Positions 1 through 10,331 of a stretch of 47,477 nucleotides of DNA are shown in pieces. The translations under genes were made by a program, and so were the position numbers. The notes under the pieces are model-generated. The model was not told the DNA's origin. It made no database searches and saw nothing but the letters and a program-made list of their open reading frames with translations. Source of the stretch: a virus. Its lineage: Duplodnaviria; Heunggongvirae; Uroviricota; Caudoviricetes. The stretch covers positions 1 through 47,477 of the IMG/VR virus record IMGVR_UViG_3300025913_000024; one strand, 5' to 3'. How positions within the stretch are numbered: the first letter of the stretch is position 1; each line of letters opens with the position of its first letter.

Positions 1-1214
1 AAGTTGTTCAGAACTTCTGAGTACAAGAGGTACAAAGGAGCTTGGATAGGAATAGGATCACTGCTTCCATCAAGAACCAAGGTTCCTGTCGAGGTAGTTA
101 GGTTAACCCAATCTCCTCTGGTGTTCTTCACATAGATAGGAGTTGTGTGTCCTGAACCTAACCACATGAAGGCATCAGGGTCAGTAACCCAAGGAAGAGT
201 AGGATCTGATGGATCTTGTCCTATGTAACTTCCTAGACCACCGCCTGTTCCACCAACTCCGTTCTTAGGGAAGAAGGCACCTGTGATGAGAAGGTCTAGA
301 GTAACGTACCATCTTCCAGTGTCAGAATCTTGAAGAACGAGAGGCGAACCAGCGTTAGACTGGAACTGAGCTTGAAGATCTTCTTGAGGAGCCAAACTGT
401 ATGTCTGGTGCACAGACTCGAACCCTGGGTTAGTACCAGTGGAAGGAACTGGTGCAGGAACAAGAGCCCCAGAGTACTGAGGGATCTGGTAGAAGACTTG
501 TCCGTTATCAACCAAAGCTGCCAAACCGAGGTTTCCTGAGGTGGTCTCTTGTTCATAGTGAGGAATTCCAACCAAAGGAACGGCCACAGGAGTTTGTGGT
601 AAGAAGGTCATTCTGATAGCTTGTTGGTCTGGGTTGGCTGAAGGAGTCAATCCTTCTGTCAAGATCAAGTAAGGAGGATCATCTGTTTGAAGGTTGTGGA
701 TCTCGGCGATTTGGACCGTGTTGAGATCTCCACCTCCATGAACGGCAGGAACTGCTCCTTGAATCTCTTGGAAGTCTGCTCCAGACTCCAACCAAGAAGC
801 GTAGGTCTCATAGATTGGGGTGTAAGACAAGACTCTTGGGTTTGAGACACCTGTGATAACTCCAGCTTGTTGTACAAGGTCAAAGTCTGTAACAGAGAGT
901 TCAGCAAAAGAGTTGTCAATGTAGTTTCCAAGACCATCACACAACCAAATGTTTTGGAGAGCGCTGTTCTGGTTTCCAACCAAAGCTCCAGTCGGATCTA
1001 TCTTGTAGAGATTAGCGTTCTCTGAAGGAAGAGGATATCCATTTTGGTGGATATAGAACGGAGAGTCTGGGTTGGTCAAGGACAAGTTGGTTCTTGGCAA
1101 GTAGATTCTGTTAGCGTAGGTCTTGCTATCTACAGGAAGAACAAACTGGATTGGGAACTGTCCAGAGACGGGGTCTGAGAAGGACTGAAGCTTGAGAGAG
1201 GGATTCCAGACCAT
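1..1214 (-). CDS. Partial virion/baseplate protein, runs off the window edge; probably the true C-terminal continuation of 1130..6745
   Basis: Manual translation: about 404 stop-free codons from ATG at 1214 to base 1 (MVWNPSLKLQSFSDPVSGQFPIQFVLP...), with the same codon bias as neighbouring genes. Absent from the ORF track, presumably because it has no stop in the window. No SD before the ATG. Confidence 0.8.
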   Translation of the reverse strand, partial: MVWNPSLKLQSFSDPVSGQFPIQFVLPVDSKTYANRIYLPRTNLSLTNPDSPFYIHQNGYPLPSENANLYKIDPTGALVGNQNSALQNIWLCDGLGNYIDNSFAELSVTDFDLVQQAGVITGVSNPRVLSYTPIYETYASWLESGADFQEIQGAVPAVHGGGDLNTVQIAEIHNLQTDDPPYLILTEGLTPSANPDQQAIRMTFLPQTPVAVPLVGIPHYEQETTSGNLGLAALVDNGQVFYQIPQYSGALVPAPVPSTGTNPGFESVHQTYSLAPQEDLQAQFQSNAGSPLVLQDSDTGRWYVTLDLLITGAFFPKNGVGGTGGGLGSYIGQDPSDPTLPWVTDPDAFMWLGSGHTTPIYVKNTRGDWVNLTTSTGTLVLDGSSDPIPIQAPLYLLYSEVLNN

Positions 1215-4200
1215 TCTTTATCGATAGGTCTAATTGTGTTGAAGGCAATGAGAAGGATCTTAGAGAGCTCTCCAGGTGCAAAAGCGTCGGTCGTGATCAA
1301 GCTCTCTGACAAAGTGATTCTTGTGCTTGAGATGTTCACAGCGTAGTGATCTCCAACCACGAACTCTGTTCCACCTGTGACTGAGGTACCTGCGAAGAAG
1401 CTGTGACTCAAGGTGTCAATCAAGATGATCTCACCCATGAAGACAGCAGATGAAACGATGTTTCCAGAGGTGGCCAAAGTTCTGCTTTGAGGGTCGGTGT
1501 CTGTGAGAGGGTTGAAGACGTACAAGGTTCCGGTATTACCGTAGTAGTACCACGTTCCTAGAGAATAAACCATCCCCAAGATGGTCAACGTCGTGTTGAC
1601 AGCATCAATGGATGATCCTGTCCAAGTAGCTCCGCCGTCTGTGGAGGTCAAGAGCTGCTTAGTAGCATCTGTAGTGACACCAGAAGCAACCAAGTTGATA
1701 CCGTCGGTGGCAAGAGCGTTGATCTGTCTGTTTGTAGCTCCAAGCTCATCAGTGATGACACCAAAGATTGGAGGAGTGATCAAGTCAGTCGTGAGAAGAA
1801 TGGCTGCGTTAGATGATGGAACGTTACCAGCGATGGTCCACTTTCCATTCAAGAAGATCACCTCTGTGAAACTAACACTGGTCCAAGAGAAACCTCCTGG
1901 AGCTCCAGGTGGCAAGAAGGAAGAAAGATCATAGACGTTGAAGACCAGAGCTGAGGAAGATCCTTCAGTGTAGTCAAAGTACATGATCTGTCCACCGTCT
2001 CCAACAAGCATGACTCTCGTGGTCCATAGTCCAGAGGTTTGGACTGAGCTTTTTCCAAGAGAGTTGATGGCTTGTCCTGGAGTCCAACTTCCTGTCAAGA
2101 GGATCTCATTGACAGTTGGAGTTCCACTACCTGCGACCGAGGTCACAGAGTAGAGTCGGCCTGCTTGAGTAGAAACGATCCATGAGAGAGTAGCTTCTGA
2201 GTAGATAAGTCCAGTAACAGCTGTACTTTCGTCTGAAGCCAAGATTCCTGTTACCCAAACTCCTGGAGTAGCTTGAGATGGATCAACTCCACCTGCCAAG
2301 ATAGCGAACTCACCAGTTGCGTTACCTAGGAAGTAAGTTCCTTGGTAGTCATCAATGATGGTTGGAGCCGTAAGAGGAAGATCACTTGTTGCTGTGGTGA
2401 AGATCGTTCCTTTCTGGAACATGAACTGTTGAATCGTGTCACCAGAACTAAGCAACTGAGATGCCAAGGTAAAGGCGTGTTGGTCTGAGGTAGAGGTTGA
2501 AAGAGGAAGAAGAGTGTTCAAAGTTGAAGGGTCTGAACCGTCATAAACGATCTGAGCTGCAACCAAGAGAAGGTTCTTGAAGTAAACTCTCTCAAAGGAA
2601 CCGTCGTAAAATCTATCGTAACCGTACGCTGCTGAGTTGATCAAGTCTCCAACGATAGGAGGACCATCACTGTTAGCAAGCAACGTCAAGAGAGACGTTC
2701 TGAACTGGTCAACTCTTGTAGGATCGGAGCTGATCGGAACCAATTTCGTTGGAGCAGGATCAGAAGGATTAACTCTTTCCATGACACCGACCAAGTCAGT
2801 GTATTGGTTGGTGTACAAGGTCTCTTCAGAAGGAAGATAAGCATTTCTGAAAAGAACCTCTTGAGCAGTTTTGACCTGGTCGAATAAGGAAACTTGAGAG
2901 ATGTCGAAAGGAACACCAGAAGCAGGAATGATGGTTGTTGAGTTATCATCAATCTTAGAGATCGTTCCGGCTAGAGGTAGAAGGTTCTTGAAGTACTTAG
3001 GTTCCTTGAAGTCCAAGGTGTGCTTGATGTCAGAAGCGTCAGTCAAGACGTAAGAGACGTTTCCAAGTTGATCTTTCTCTTGAAGAACCGGACCTGATGA
3101 AAGGTCAAAGGTTGTTCCGTGGTTGTCAACACCCTGAGCTGGAAGAACTAGAGGGATCAAGAAGTCACCAGAACCTTGAGCGATCAAGGTGTGAGGAAGA
3201 TCAAAGATGGTTGAGAACTCATCAAGAGCATTAGCTCTCATGGCTACCAATGCTTGAAGGATAGCTCCAAGCGTTACCTCAGTGTAGTTGATAGGAATGT
3301 TGAAGAGATCTGTTTGGTGAGCCCAAGTTGCTTTCCAAGAAGGAGAAACTTCACCATGTTCTTGGGAGTAGATGATCCAGTCGTATTTATTGACCTCTGT
3401 TCCAGGAGGAAGACCTGATGGAGTTCCAGAGACATCTCCGTTTGCAATGAAGTAGTAAGTATCTCCTGCTGCGACCATGTCTGGAATGTTAGATCCTGAA
3501 GGAACTTCAATAACTGAAGAGAAGTTGAACGTGGTTAAATCTGGAGGAGATAGAACGTTGTAGATTCCAAGAGGCTTCCACTTCTTGTAAGTCCAAGCAG
3601 AACCAGACCAGATGATCCAATCTCCAGCGAAGTAAATGATGCTGTCAATCTCAACAGAGTTGCTGAGAGAGTAGTATTGGTTGATTGCTGTTCCATCGTC
3701 TGGGAAGATCGGTCCAGAGGTTCCAATCAAGAGGTTCCATGTTCCAAGAGAAACAAATGGAGTGAAGGATCCTGTCTTGTAGGTGATGTCTTGGTAGATG
3801 TGTTGGTCTGCAACGTTAACTTCATTTGGAAGTGGGATCGTGACGTCAATCGTTCTTTCTTGGAAAGTTGGAGTGATTGCTCTAACGGTGTTGGAGTTGG
3901 AGTTAGGATCCGTGAGTTTAGTAAACTCATACTCCCCAATCAAGGTCTCAAAAAGAGGAATTTCAAGGCTGCTGTTCGAGGTAGAACCTCCACCACCAGA
4001 ACTTCCACCAATCAAAGCCTTTGGAGAGGCATACATACCTCTGTTTAGGATGTTTCCATCAATAGGTTGGTTTATGTCGAAGTGAGAAGCTCCATACATT
4101 GGAGGTCTAACCGTGTCAGAAGAAGAAACGAACAAACTTGATCTGCTGAAACTTCCAAATCCACCAGAACCAATCTTAACAGAAGCTGGGATTGAATCGA

Positions 4201-6745
4201 TGGCGTAGATCTCAGGGAAGACAATGAAAGAGGCCTGGATGTTAGGGTCCGAGAAGGTCTGGCCAGGGAAGATGCTTGAGTAACCGCTGTTGTCAGTGGA
4301 CAAGTTGATCTGGGCTCCAACAGAAACAACCTCAGACGCTTTTTGAGCATTCACAAGGTCTGTGTAAAGGTGATCCAACCATGGAAGATCCATCAAACAC
4401 AGATAGATACCAGCAGACTTTAAGTTCAAGCTGTTCTTGTGGTAAAGCATTCTGTTGATGCCCACGTCAAGGAACAACTCTCTTTGGTACTGAACCGTAG
4501 CGTAAGGACGATCCAAGTAATCTGTGGTCATCAAAGGATGGATGAGACTTCTAGGGTCGTAAAGGTTGAGGTCTTTGAAACCATCAACGTAATCCAAGCT
4601 TGGAGTCTTCCAATCTTGACCTGCCCAAAGGAACACAAAGGCATTGTTGATCAGGTTAGGGAAAGCTGAGAGGAAATCAGACTTAAATTGGAAAGGAGGA
4701 ACTTTTCCGTTAGGAAACTCTCCTAGGACGAAAGCAGTGAAGTTGTAGGTTCCATCAGGATAGGCAGACAACTCATTTTGGAGTCCACCAAGAACGATCA
4801 CGTTGTCTTGGATGGTCTGAATGTAAACTCCAGTTCCTCCAAGAACAATGGACTGAATCTCTGTACCAGGCTTGAAGTTATTTGCGATGTTTTGATTCAG
4901 AGCATCAATAAGAGTGATGGTTCCGCTGGAGAAGTAACCAGAGAATGGAACTTGAGAGATAGTGAGAGGCGCGGTCTCAAATGCTGTAGCAACTCTGGTC
5001 TTCCAATCAAGGAAGGTCTCAGGCGTGAAAGGATCTGGGATCGTTCCACTGATCAAGTTGTCTAGGCTTTGAGTCATCAAATATCCTAGATTAAAATCAA
5101 GTAATCTAGCACCTGTGATGGAGGTCATCGGAGACCAAGCACCGGTCGTACCATTGATGTTGTAGAAGCTAAGTTGGAAACCTCTTTGAACCGGAGTTTT
5201 AACACTGATAATAGGGTCTCCGATGCAAATCTTCTGGTAGTTATCTTCTCCGGTGACCGGGTTAACAGCTGGGATTGCACCAAACATGAAAGTAGCAGAG
5301 TTCTTGATATTTGGGTTGATCTGAAGCGCACCTTGAATGGCGATGGTGGCATCTACTGAAACAGCAAGACCATCAGAGTTCTCAACGTACTCATAGAAGG
5401 TGATCAAGACTCCCCTAGAAGCCGTGACCTCATTGATGGTGGATCCTAAGTACTCGTTGAACTCAAAAGATAATCTACCTGTGACCTTTTGGATGATCTG
5501 AGCAAACTCTGTGGTCAAAACTCCTGTATTAGGAGGAAGGAAACTGTCTGCCACAACTCCGTTTAAGGTGAACAAGGTGTTCAAGGAAGACGTGGTAACG
5601 AAGTCTCCGATTGGGATAACTTGAGGGTAAAAGTCAACAATATCAGAAGGCGCAAGAGTAAAACCACCGATGATCTTTCCAGATGGTGTAAGCTGAGCAA
5701 AGCCTGGACTAGAGTCACTGATCGTTCTATAGATCGTGTAAGATCTGACAGAAGGCTCAATGTAGTTGTCGATGTTCACAGCTCTTACACCTTGAGTGGT
5801 GTTCTCAATGATGCTAAAACCGCTTGAATCAAATCTGATGTAAGGAGTGTACTCGTCTGTGGTGATCGAGGTATCTTCTATGTCAGAGAATAGATAGACT
5901 CCTCCCTTAGGGAATTGCGCTACTTGAGAAGATGCATCGAACTCGTTGAGAGTTGGAAGCTCATAAACGATATCAGAAAGTCCTGGTTCGACAATTCCTG
6001 AGAACATGACCTTTTGGGTTTGGGTGTAGTGTTTGTCACTATCACCGTAAAAGTCAATTGCTCTGAAGACCTTTCCTTGGATAGGATTGGTAGGATCATT
6101 GAGTTGGTAGGTTGAGACTGGGAAAACAGAGCCGATCGTGTAAAGACCTGAGAACAAGCCTTTGTACCCTGCATGAGATCCAAAGAACTTTCTCTTGTAA
6201 GCGATGCTTCTGATATCTCTGATCTTCCACTTGAGTTCTTCTCTCAAGTCTTCCATGCTTCCTGCAGAAAGAGAAGCTGCCCATTTCTCAGAGAACTTGT
6301 AGTCTGGAGAGTAACCAAGCAAGGTTGCAATGGCAACAAAGCTGTCGTCAATCTCAACTTGAGTCAGAAGTTGTGTGTAGTCTGGATGGTCTGGATAAAG
6401 ATTGTCTAGATATCTATAAGGTTCGTGTAGGAACAAGTCCAACTCTGGTTGAGTGACACCTTCAACGTCCATGGAGTAGAAGGTTGGCATTGGACTGGTC
6501 GTTGGAGGTACCAATGATGGGCCATAGACTGGAGCAACAACACCGTTGACTGTTTTGGTCGGATGAATTGATGCTGACGATGAAAGGGACAGACCTGGGA
6601 TCGTCTTTGTCTTTCCCATCAAGAACTGCCAAAAAGGGTTTTGGAGAGCAGATGGAAGAAGATTGTTTAAAGAGATGGATGGGAGTTCATTGGTGATCTG
6701 AACTCGTTTTACTAGATTGAACTCGGAATCTGAGGTGTATCCCAT
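1130..6745 (-). CDS. Very large baseplate wedge/tail-associated structural protein with C-terminal beta-propeller-like (Asp-box) region
   Basis: 1871 aa, S/T/G/D-rich, directly after the gp6-like wedge gene; Asp-box STDGGATW near the C-terminus; last ~28 aa look out of frame. Confidence 0.6.
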   Translation of the reverse strand: MGYTSDSEFNLVKRVQITNELPSISLNNLLPSALQNPFWQFLMGKTKTIPGLSLSSSASIHPTKTVNGVVAPVYGPSLVPPTTSPMPTFYSMDVEGVTQPELDLFLHEPYRYLDNLYPDHPDYTQLLTQVEIDDSFVAIATLLGYSPDYKFSEKWAASLSAGSMEDLREELKWKIRDIRSIAYKRKFFGSHAGYKGLFSGLYTIGSVFPVSTYQLNDPTNPIQGKVFRAIDFYGDSDKHYTQTQKVMFSGIVEPGLSDIVYELPTLNEFDASSQVAQFPKGGVYLFSDIEDTSITTDEYTPYIRFDSSGFSIIENTTQGVRAVNIDNYIEPSVRSYTIYRTISDSSPGFAQLTPSGKIIGGFTLAPSDIVDFYPQVIPIGDFVTTSSLNTLFTLNGVVADSFLPPNTGVLTTEFAQIIQKVTGRLSFEFNEYLGSTINEVTASRGVLITFYEYVENSDGLAVSVDATIAIQGALQINPNIKNSATFMFGAIPAVNPVTGEDNYQKICIGDPIISVKTPVQRGFQLSFYNINGTTGAWSPMTSITGARLLDFNLGYLMTQSLDNLISGTIPDPFTPETFLDWKTRVATAFETAPLTISQVPFSGYFSSGTITLIDALNQNIANNFKPGTEIQSIVLGGTGVYIQTIQDNVIVLGGLQNELSAYPDGTYNFTAFVLGEFPNGKVPPFQFKSDFLSAFPNLINNAFVFLWAGQDWKTPSLDYVDGFKDLNLYDPRSLIHPLMTTDYLDRPYATVQYQRELFLDVGINRMLYHKNSLNLKSAGIYLCLMDLPWLDHLYTDLVNAQKASEVVSVGAQINLSTDNSGYSSIFPGQTFSDPNIQASFIVFPEIYAIDSIPASVKIGSGGFGSFSRSSLFVSSSDTVRPPMYGASHFDINQPIDGNILNRGMYASPKALIGGSSGGGGSTSNSSLEIPLFETLIGEYEFTKLTDPNSNSNTVRAITPTFQERTIDVTIPLPNEVNVADQHIYQDITYKTGSFTPFVSLGTWNLLIGTSGPIFPDDGTAINQYYSLSNSVEIDSIIYFAGDWIIWSGSAWTYKKWKPLGIYNVLSPPDLTTFNFSSVIEVPSGSNIPDMVAAGDTYYFIANGDVSGTPSGLPPGTEVNKYDWIIYSQEHGEVSPSWKATWAHQTDLFNIPINYTEVTLGAILQALVAMRANALDEFSTIFDLPHTLIAQGSGDFLIPLVLPAQGVDNHGTTFDLSSGPVLQEKDQLGNVSYVLTDASDIKHTLDFKEPKYFKNLLPLAGTISKIDDNSTTIIPASGVPFDISQVSLFDQVKTAQEVLFRNAYLPSEETLYTNQYTDLVGVMERVNPSDPAPTKLVPISSDPTRVDQFRTSLLTLLANSDGPPIVGDLINSAAYGYDRFYDGSFERVYFKNLLLVAAQIVYDGSDPSTLNTLLPLSTSTSDQHAFTLASQLLSSGDTIQQFMFQKGTIFTTATSDLPLTAPTIIDDYQGTYFLGNATGEFAILAGGVDPSQATPGVWVTGILASDESTAVTGLIYSEATLSWIVSTQAGRLYSVTSVAGSGTPTVNEILLTGSWTPGQAINSLGKSSVQTSGLWTTRVMLVGDGGQIMYFDYTEGSSSALVFNVYDLSSFLPPGAPGGFSWTSVSFTEVIFLNGKWTIAGNVPSSNAAILLTTDLITPPIFGVITDELGATNRQINALATDGINLVASGVTTDATKQLLTSTDGGATWTGSSIDAVNTTLTILGMVYSLGTWYYYGNTGTLYVFNPLTDTDPQSRTLATSGNIVSSAVFMGEIILIDTLSHSFFAGTSVTGGTEFVVGDHYAVNISSTRITLSESLITTDAFAPGELSKILLIAFNTIRPIDKEWSGIPLSSFSPSQTPSLDSSQSSLFFL

Positions 6746-6750
6746 AAAGA

Positions 6751-6757
6751 AATTAGT
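6751..6757 (-). promoter_or_regulatory. ACTAATT candidate late promoter
   Basis: 5 nt upstream of ATG 6745, no SD. Confidence 0.65.
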
Positions 6758-6763
6758 GGGATT

Positions 6764-9244
6764 TTAGTTAGCCGTAATTTGTTGAACAGTAACGGTTATG
6801 TCGTTAGAAGCAACTGCTACGATGTCATTCCAGTTAGATGGTGCAATATCGTTCAACAATGGAATGGCTGCGACCTCTACTTGCACGATCGTTGACAAGT
6901 AACCTGCAACTTGAGAAGCGTTGGTTGGATCGATTCCAGATGGTACGTTGAAGTAACTAAGAGGAAGAGTCAAGATTCCTGTTGCATAGTCTGGGTTCGA
7001 GGTGTCATAGATCTCAGAGAAGGTCAAGTTGAAGTTGTTGATGTATCGTGTGTCGATCTGGTAACACTGAGCTCCACCAGGAAGAGGAACTTGGAGGTTG
7101 GTAGGGACATCTGAAAGAGCGAAGATCTTCTTGTTACCTTGAGAGTCTGTAACATAAGGTCTGATCTCAAAAGGAGACTGGTTAGAAGATCGTGCCCTGG
7201 TCAAGACGAAAGAAGGAGTTGTTACCTCAGAGATCTGAGGATACTGAGCAAGACGAATTAAACGAGTGTTGTAGTTGTCACCAGTTTCTTGTGGCATCTC
7301 CCAAGCGGTGTTAGGATTGTCCACTGGGAAGGTCTGTCCAGCCAAGTTCTCAGAGTAACCATCGTTGAAAGAGACAGTAGAAGGGTTTCCACCCGTGAAT
7401 AAGTTTCTCTGATCGTAAACCAAGAAGGTTCTGTTAGATTGAGCTGCAGCACTTGGGTTGTTCAAGAAGTTGAGTTCGATCCTGAAGATGTAAGGCGTGT
7501 TCTCCTTGTAACTCTGGAAACCAGAGGACAAAGGAGTCTCTCCATAAACCTTGTCGAAGGTGAAAGGAATGTTAACCAAGGTAGGTAGAACGTTTCCAGA
7601 GTCAATCGTCAAGGTGATGTTTGAGAGAGGTGTATCTGCTAGAGCTTCAAGAAGTGTCTCAACATCATCAGCGAAAGCAAAGGACTTGGCAAGGAAGTTA
7701 AACTCAGAATCTCTGAAGATGGACTTGAAATCTGCAGCAAAGATAGAGAAGTTGTCCAAGAGAAGTTGTTGCTCCATGGCTACGATCTCAGACTCAGAGG
7801 TATCTGTGCTCGTTGTTGAGACAACAACACCTAAAGCGAGAGAGATGATGTTAGGATCAATGTAAGTAAGAACGTCTGTAGGACTCATGAGGTCAGCCAT
7901 AGCTTGAGCAACTGGTCCAACCAAAGTAGCTTGACCATTGGCAAGAGCTGTACCATCACTTGAGATGGCTGTGACATTAACAGTAGAGTACTTTTGATCG
8001 CTAGATGCAATGGTGCCAGGGAAGACCTTGACCTTGTTCAAGCCGACTTGAGAGTAAGTCTTGATTTGAGACTCGTAAGCTCCGATTGTTGCGATAGCGT
8101 AAGAATCTAGATAAGAAGAAGGTGCAGTTTCTCTAAGAGTTGAGATATTGTCAGCGTCAGACCCACCCAAGATTGAGTTGATGTTGGAAGCTTGAAGGAA
8201 CTTTGACACTGCTCCAGTTCTTGGGTCAATGATTGATCCGTTGTTTGGAGGGATGATTCCGGTGATCTGATACTTGGTGTCTAGGTTTCCAAGAGAACCT
8301 GCTGTCTGCAAGTACTCCATGGTGATCTTTGCTCCAGGAGGCAGGGTTGCTCCTGTAACTCCGTCACCTGTCTTGAATAGAACTCCAGAAAGATCTGGTA
8401 GATTCACGGCCTCGAAGACTTGATCTATTGGACCTGCCAACAAGATGTTGTCAGTTTGAAACCACTCGACCTTTTGGTTAGGATCATTCGTGGTGTTGAC
8501 GAAGTACTTTAGAAACTGTCTTGAGATGTTGTTTGAAGCATCTTCGCAGTTATTGACTGGAAGAAGAAAAGACTCAAACTTTGTTCCTTGGGCCATTCCC
8601 AAGTCGTAGCTTTGAATCTTTCCTTGGATGACTGGGATCTCAAGATACTTTATGCCTGACCATCCACCTTGCTGATAGAAGTCTTCAAGTTTTGTTGGGT
8701 CAGATGAGATGTTGCTCCAAGCTTCTTTCAAAGTTCTTGATGCAACGTTCGTTGTTGCTATGTATTGGTATCCGTTAGAGGCCGGGAAGACCGTACCTTC
8801 GATGACCGTGTAACCTTTTGGAAAGGTCCATGGAACCAAGGCTTGGGTTCTTGACAAGACCTGAGGATCTGGGTCTTCTGAGATATCATCAAAGTTGGAT
8901 TGATCATCTAGACCGAAGAAGGTTCGACCAAAGTTAGGAAGTCTTGATGTTCCTTGAGGGTCTGTGTGAGAAACAATGATCACTCCGATGGCACTTCTTG
9001 GTCTGTGAGCTTTGTAAGCGATCAACGGAGCCATGGTCATCAGAGATGAAAGGTTCTGGGCAGCGTTCCACTTCTTCTCAGCGAGCAAGTACTCCATGTA
9101 TCTGGAGATCTCGGCAAGGCCGTCAGAGAATGTTCCGAAAAGAGCTTGAATGGTTCCATTCTCAGAAAGAAGGGCCCAATCAACGTCTGTTCTCATTCTT
9201 GAGAGTAGTCTTGCTAGAATTGCTGAAGGGTCAAAGCGTAACAT
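6764..9244 (-). CDS. Baseplate wedge subunit (T4 gp6/baseplate J-like)
   Basis: 826 aa; N-terminal helical region ending AQNLSSLMTMAPLIAYKAHRPRSA and GGSDADNISTLRETAP..AIAT..Y segment typical of gp6/J-like wedges; follows a gp25-like gene. Confidence 0.75.
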   Translation of the reverse strand: MLRFDPSAILARLLSRMRTDVDWALLSENGTIQALFGTFSDGLAEISRYMEYLLAEKKWNAAQNLSSLMTMAPLIAYKAHRPRSAIGVIIVSHTDPQGTSRLPNFGRTFFGLDDQSNFDDISEDPDPQVLSRTQALVPWTFPKGYTVIEGTVFPASNGYQYIATTNVASRTLKEAWSNISSDPTKLEDFYQQGGWSGIKYLEIPVIQGKIQSYDLGMAQGTKFESFLLPVNNCEDASNNISRQFLKYFVNTTNDPNQKVEWFQTDNILLAGPIDQVFEAVNLPDLSGVLFKTGDGVTGATLPPGAKITMEYLQTAGSLGNLDTKYQITGIIPPNNGSIIDPRTGAVSKFLQASNINSILGGSDADNISTLRETAPSSYLDSYAIATIGAYESQIKTYSQVGLNKVKVFPGTIASSDQKYSTVNVTAISSDGTALANGQATLVGPVAQAMADLMSPTDVLTYIDPNIISLALGVVVSTTSTDTSESEIVAMEQQLLLDNFSIFAADFKSIFRDSEFNFLAKSFAFADDVETLLEALADTPLSNITLTIDSGNVLPTLVNIPFTFDKVYGETPLSSGFQSYKENTPYIFRIELNFLNNPSAAAQSNRTFLVYDQRNLFTGGNPSTVSFNDGYSENLAGQTFPVDNPNTAWEMPQETGDNYNTRLIRLAQYPQISEVTTPSFVLTRARSSNQSPFEIRPYVTDSQGNKKIFALSDVPTNLQVPLPGGAQCYQIDTRYINNFNLTFSEIYDTSNPDYATGILTLPLSYFNVPSGIDPTNASQVAGYLSTIVQVEVAAIPLLNDIAPSNWNDIVAVASNDITVTVQQITAN

Positions 9245-9251
9245 CGTGTTT

Positions 9252-9258
9252 AATTAGT
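9252..9258 (-). promoter_or_regulatory. ACTAATT candidate late promoter
   Basis: 7 nt upstream of ATG 9244, no SD. Confidence 0.65.
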
Positions 9259-9263
9259 GTTTC

Positions 9264-9704
9264 TTATTGAAGATGGGAAATTCCCTGATAAAGGTTTCCA
9301 ACGTATCCTGTTAGAGTATCCTTAGCCACGATCTTAATCCTCCAGCCAACATTGGCATAGTCAGGATCAACGGACAAAGCAAGAATAGCGATAGAAGGGA
9401 ACTGAGCAGAGATAGCATTGAGAAGATCTGCACCGAGTTGTTGAGCACCTTGAGCACTCAAGGTATACTTTCTCAATCCATCAAAGAAACCACCAAAACC
9501 TGGTCGTCTGTAGTAGTCTCCACCTGTTGATTGAAGCCAGATTTCTAGATCGTTGACGATAACTTGACCATATTGGACATCAATTGTCAAAGCTCCAGAA
9601 GGAGGAGTTGAGTACTTGACGTCGAGATAGTTGACAGACTGCTTGTATTGAGAGTTGAGGTTCTTAACACCTTGGCTAATGATAGATCCGACAGAGACGC
9701 TCAT
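9264..9704 (-). CDS. Baseplate gp25-like sheath initiator
   Basis: Start revised to ATG 9704 (TAATG coupling with the upstream stop); NDLEIWLQS..G.YYRRPGFGG motif, size and position typical of gp25/GPW. Confidence 0.7.
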   Translation of the reverse strand: MSVSVGSIISQGVKNLNSQYKQSVNYLDVKYSTPPSGALTIDVQYGQVIVNDLEIWLQSTGGDYYRRPGFGGFFDGLRKYTLSAQGAQQLGADLLNAISAQFPSIAILALSVDPDYANVGWRIKIVAKDTLTGYVGNLYQGISHLQ

Positions 9705-10321
9705 TACATGTACCCCTGAAGAACCCAAGTTTGACCTTGATCTGGTGTAGCATCAAACTGGACCATTCTATACTTGTAGGTGATTGAGTAGTCTGCTCCA
9801 TCTTTGTTCCAACCAAGTTCAAGATCTGGAATAGATGTAGGTTTGAGTCCCCAGAATGAGAACCTAAACTTTGGGATCATTTGATCCCAAAGATAGTCGT
9901 AAACTATGATCTCTGCGTGCTTAAGTTTTCCGACCTTTCCACTGATGAAGGTGTCTCGAACTCTGTCGTAATATCTAGCTAACCATCCTTGATGAAATGT
10001 CCAAACTGGAAGATAGTTTCCTTCATACCATGTGAAAGTGACTTCATTAGGGACATCAACTCCCGTGACAAAGGAATCTCTGTATGAGACGTGAACGTCA
10101 GAGAACTTAAGAGTTGGATTCTTGATTTGAACTCCGTTGCAAAGCAACGCGATGGTCTGAGTGTTGTCTGCGTTGGTGCTATCTTCATATCCGACTTCAT
10201 CGGTTATCTGAACTTGAAGAAGGTTCGGATTGAATGTGGTTCTAAAGACTGAACCATCAACCAACGGGGATGTAAAGGTTCCACCGTTAGCGCCTGCAAT
10301 CGTTAAAATGTCGTTAGCCAT
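9704..10321 (-). CDS. Tail tube-like paralogue (gp48/gp54-type tube initiator)
   Basis: 205 aa; VTFTWYE...W and FSFWGLKPTSI...ITYKY pattern of the gp19 fold; most divergent of four tandem paralogues; SD AAGGA. Confidence 0.55.
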   Translation of the reverse strand: MANDILTIAGANGGTFTSPLVDGSVFRTTFNPNLLQVQITDEVGYEDSTNADNTQTIALLCNGVQIKNPTLKFSDVHVSYRDSFVTGVDVPNEVTFTWYEGNYLPVWTFHQGWLARYYDRVRDTFISGKVGKLKHAEIIVYDYLWDQMIPKFRFSFWGLKPTSIPDLELGWNKDGADYSITYKYRMVQFDATPDQGQTWVLQGYM

Positions 10322-10331
10322 CTAACTTTCC

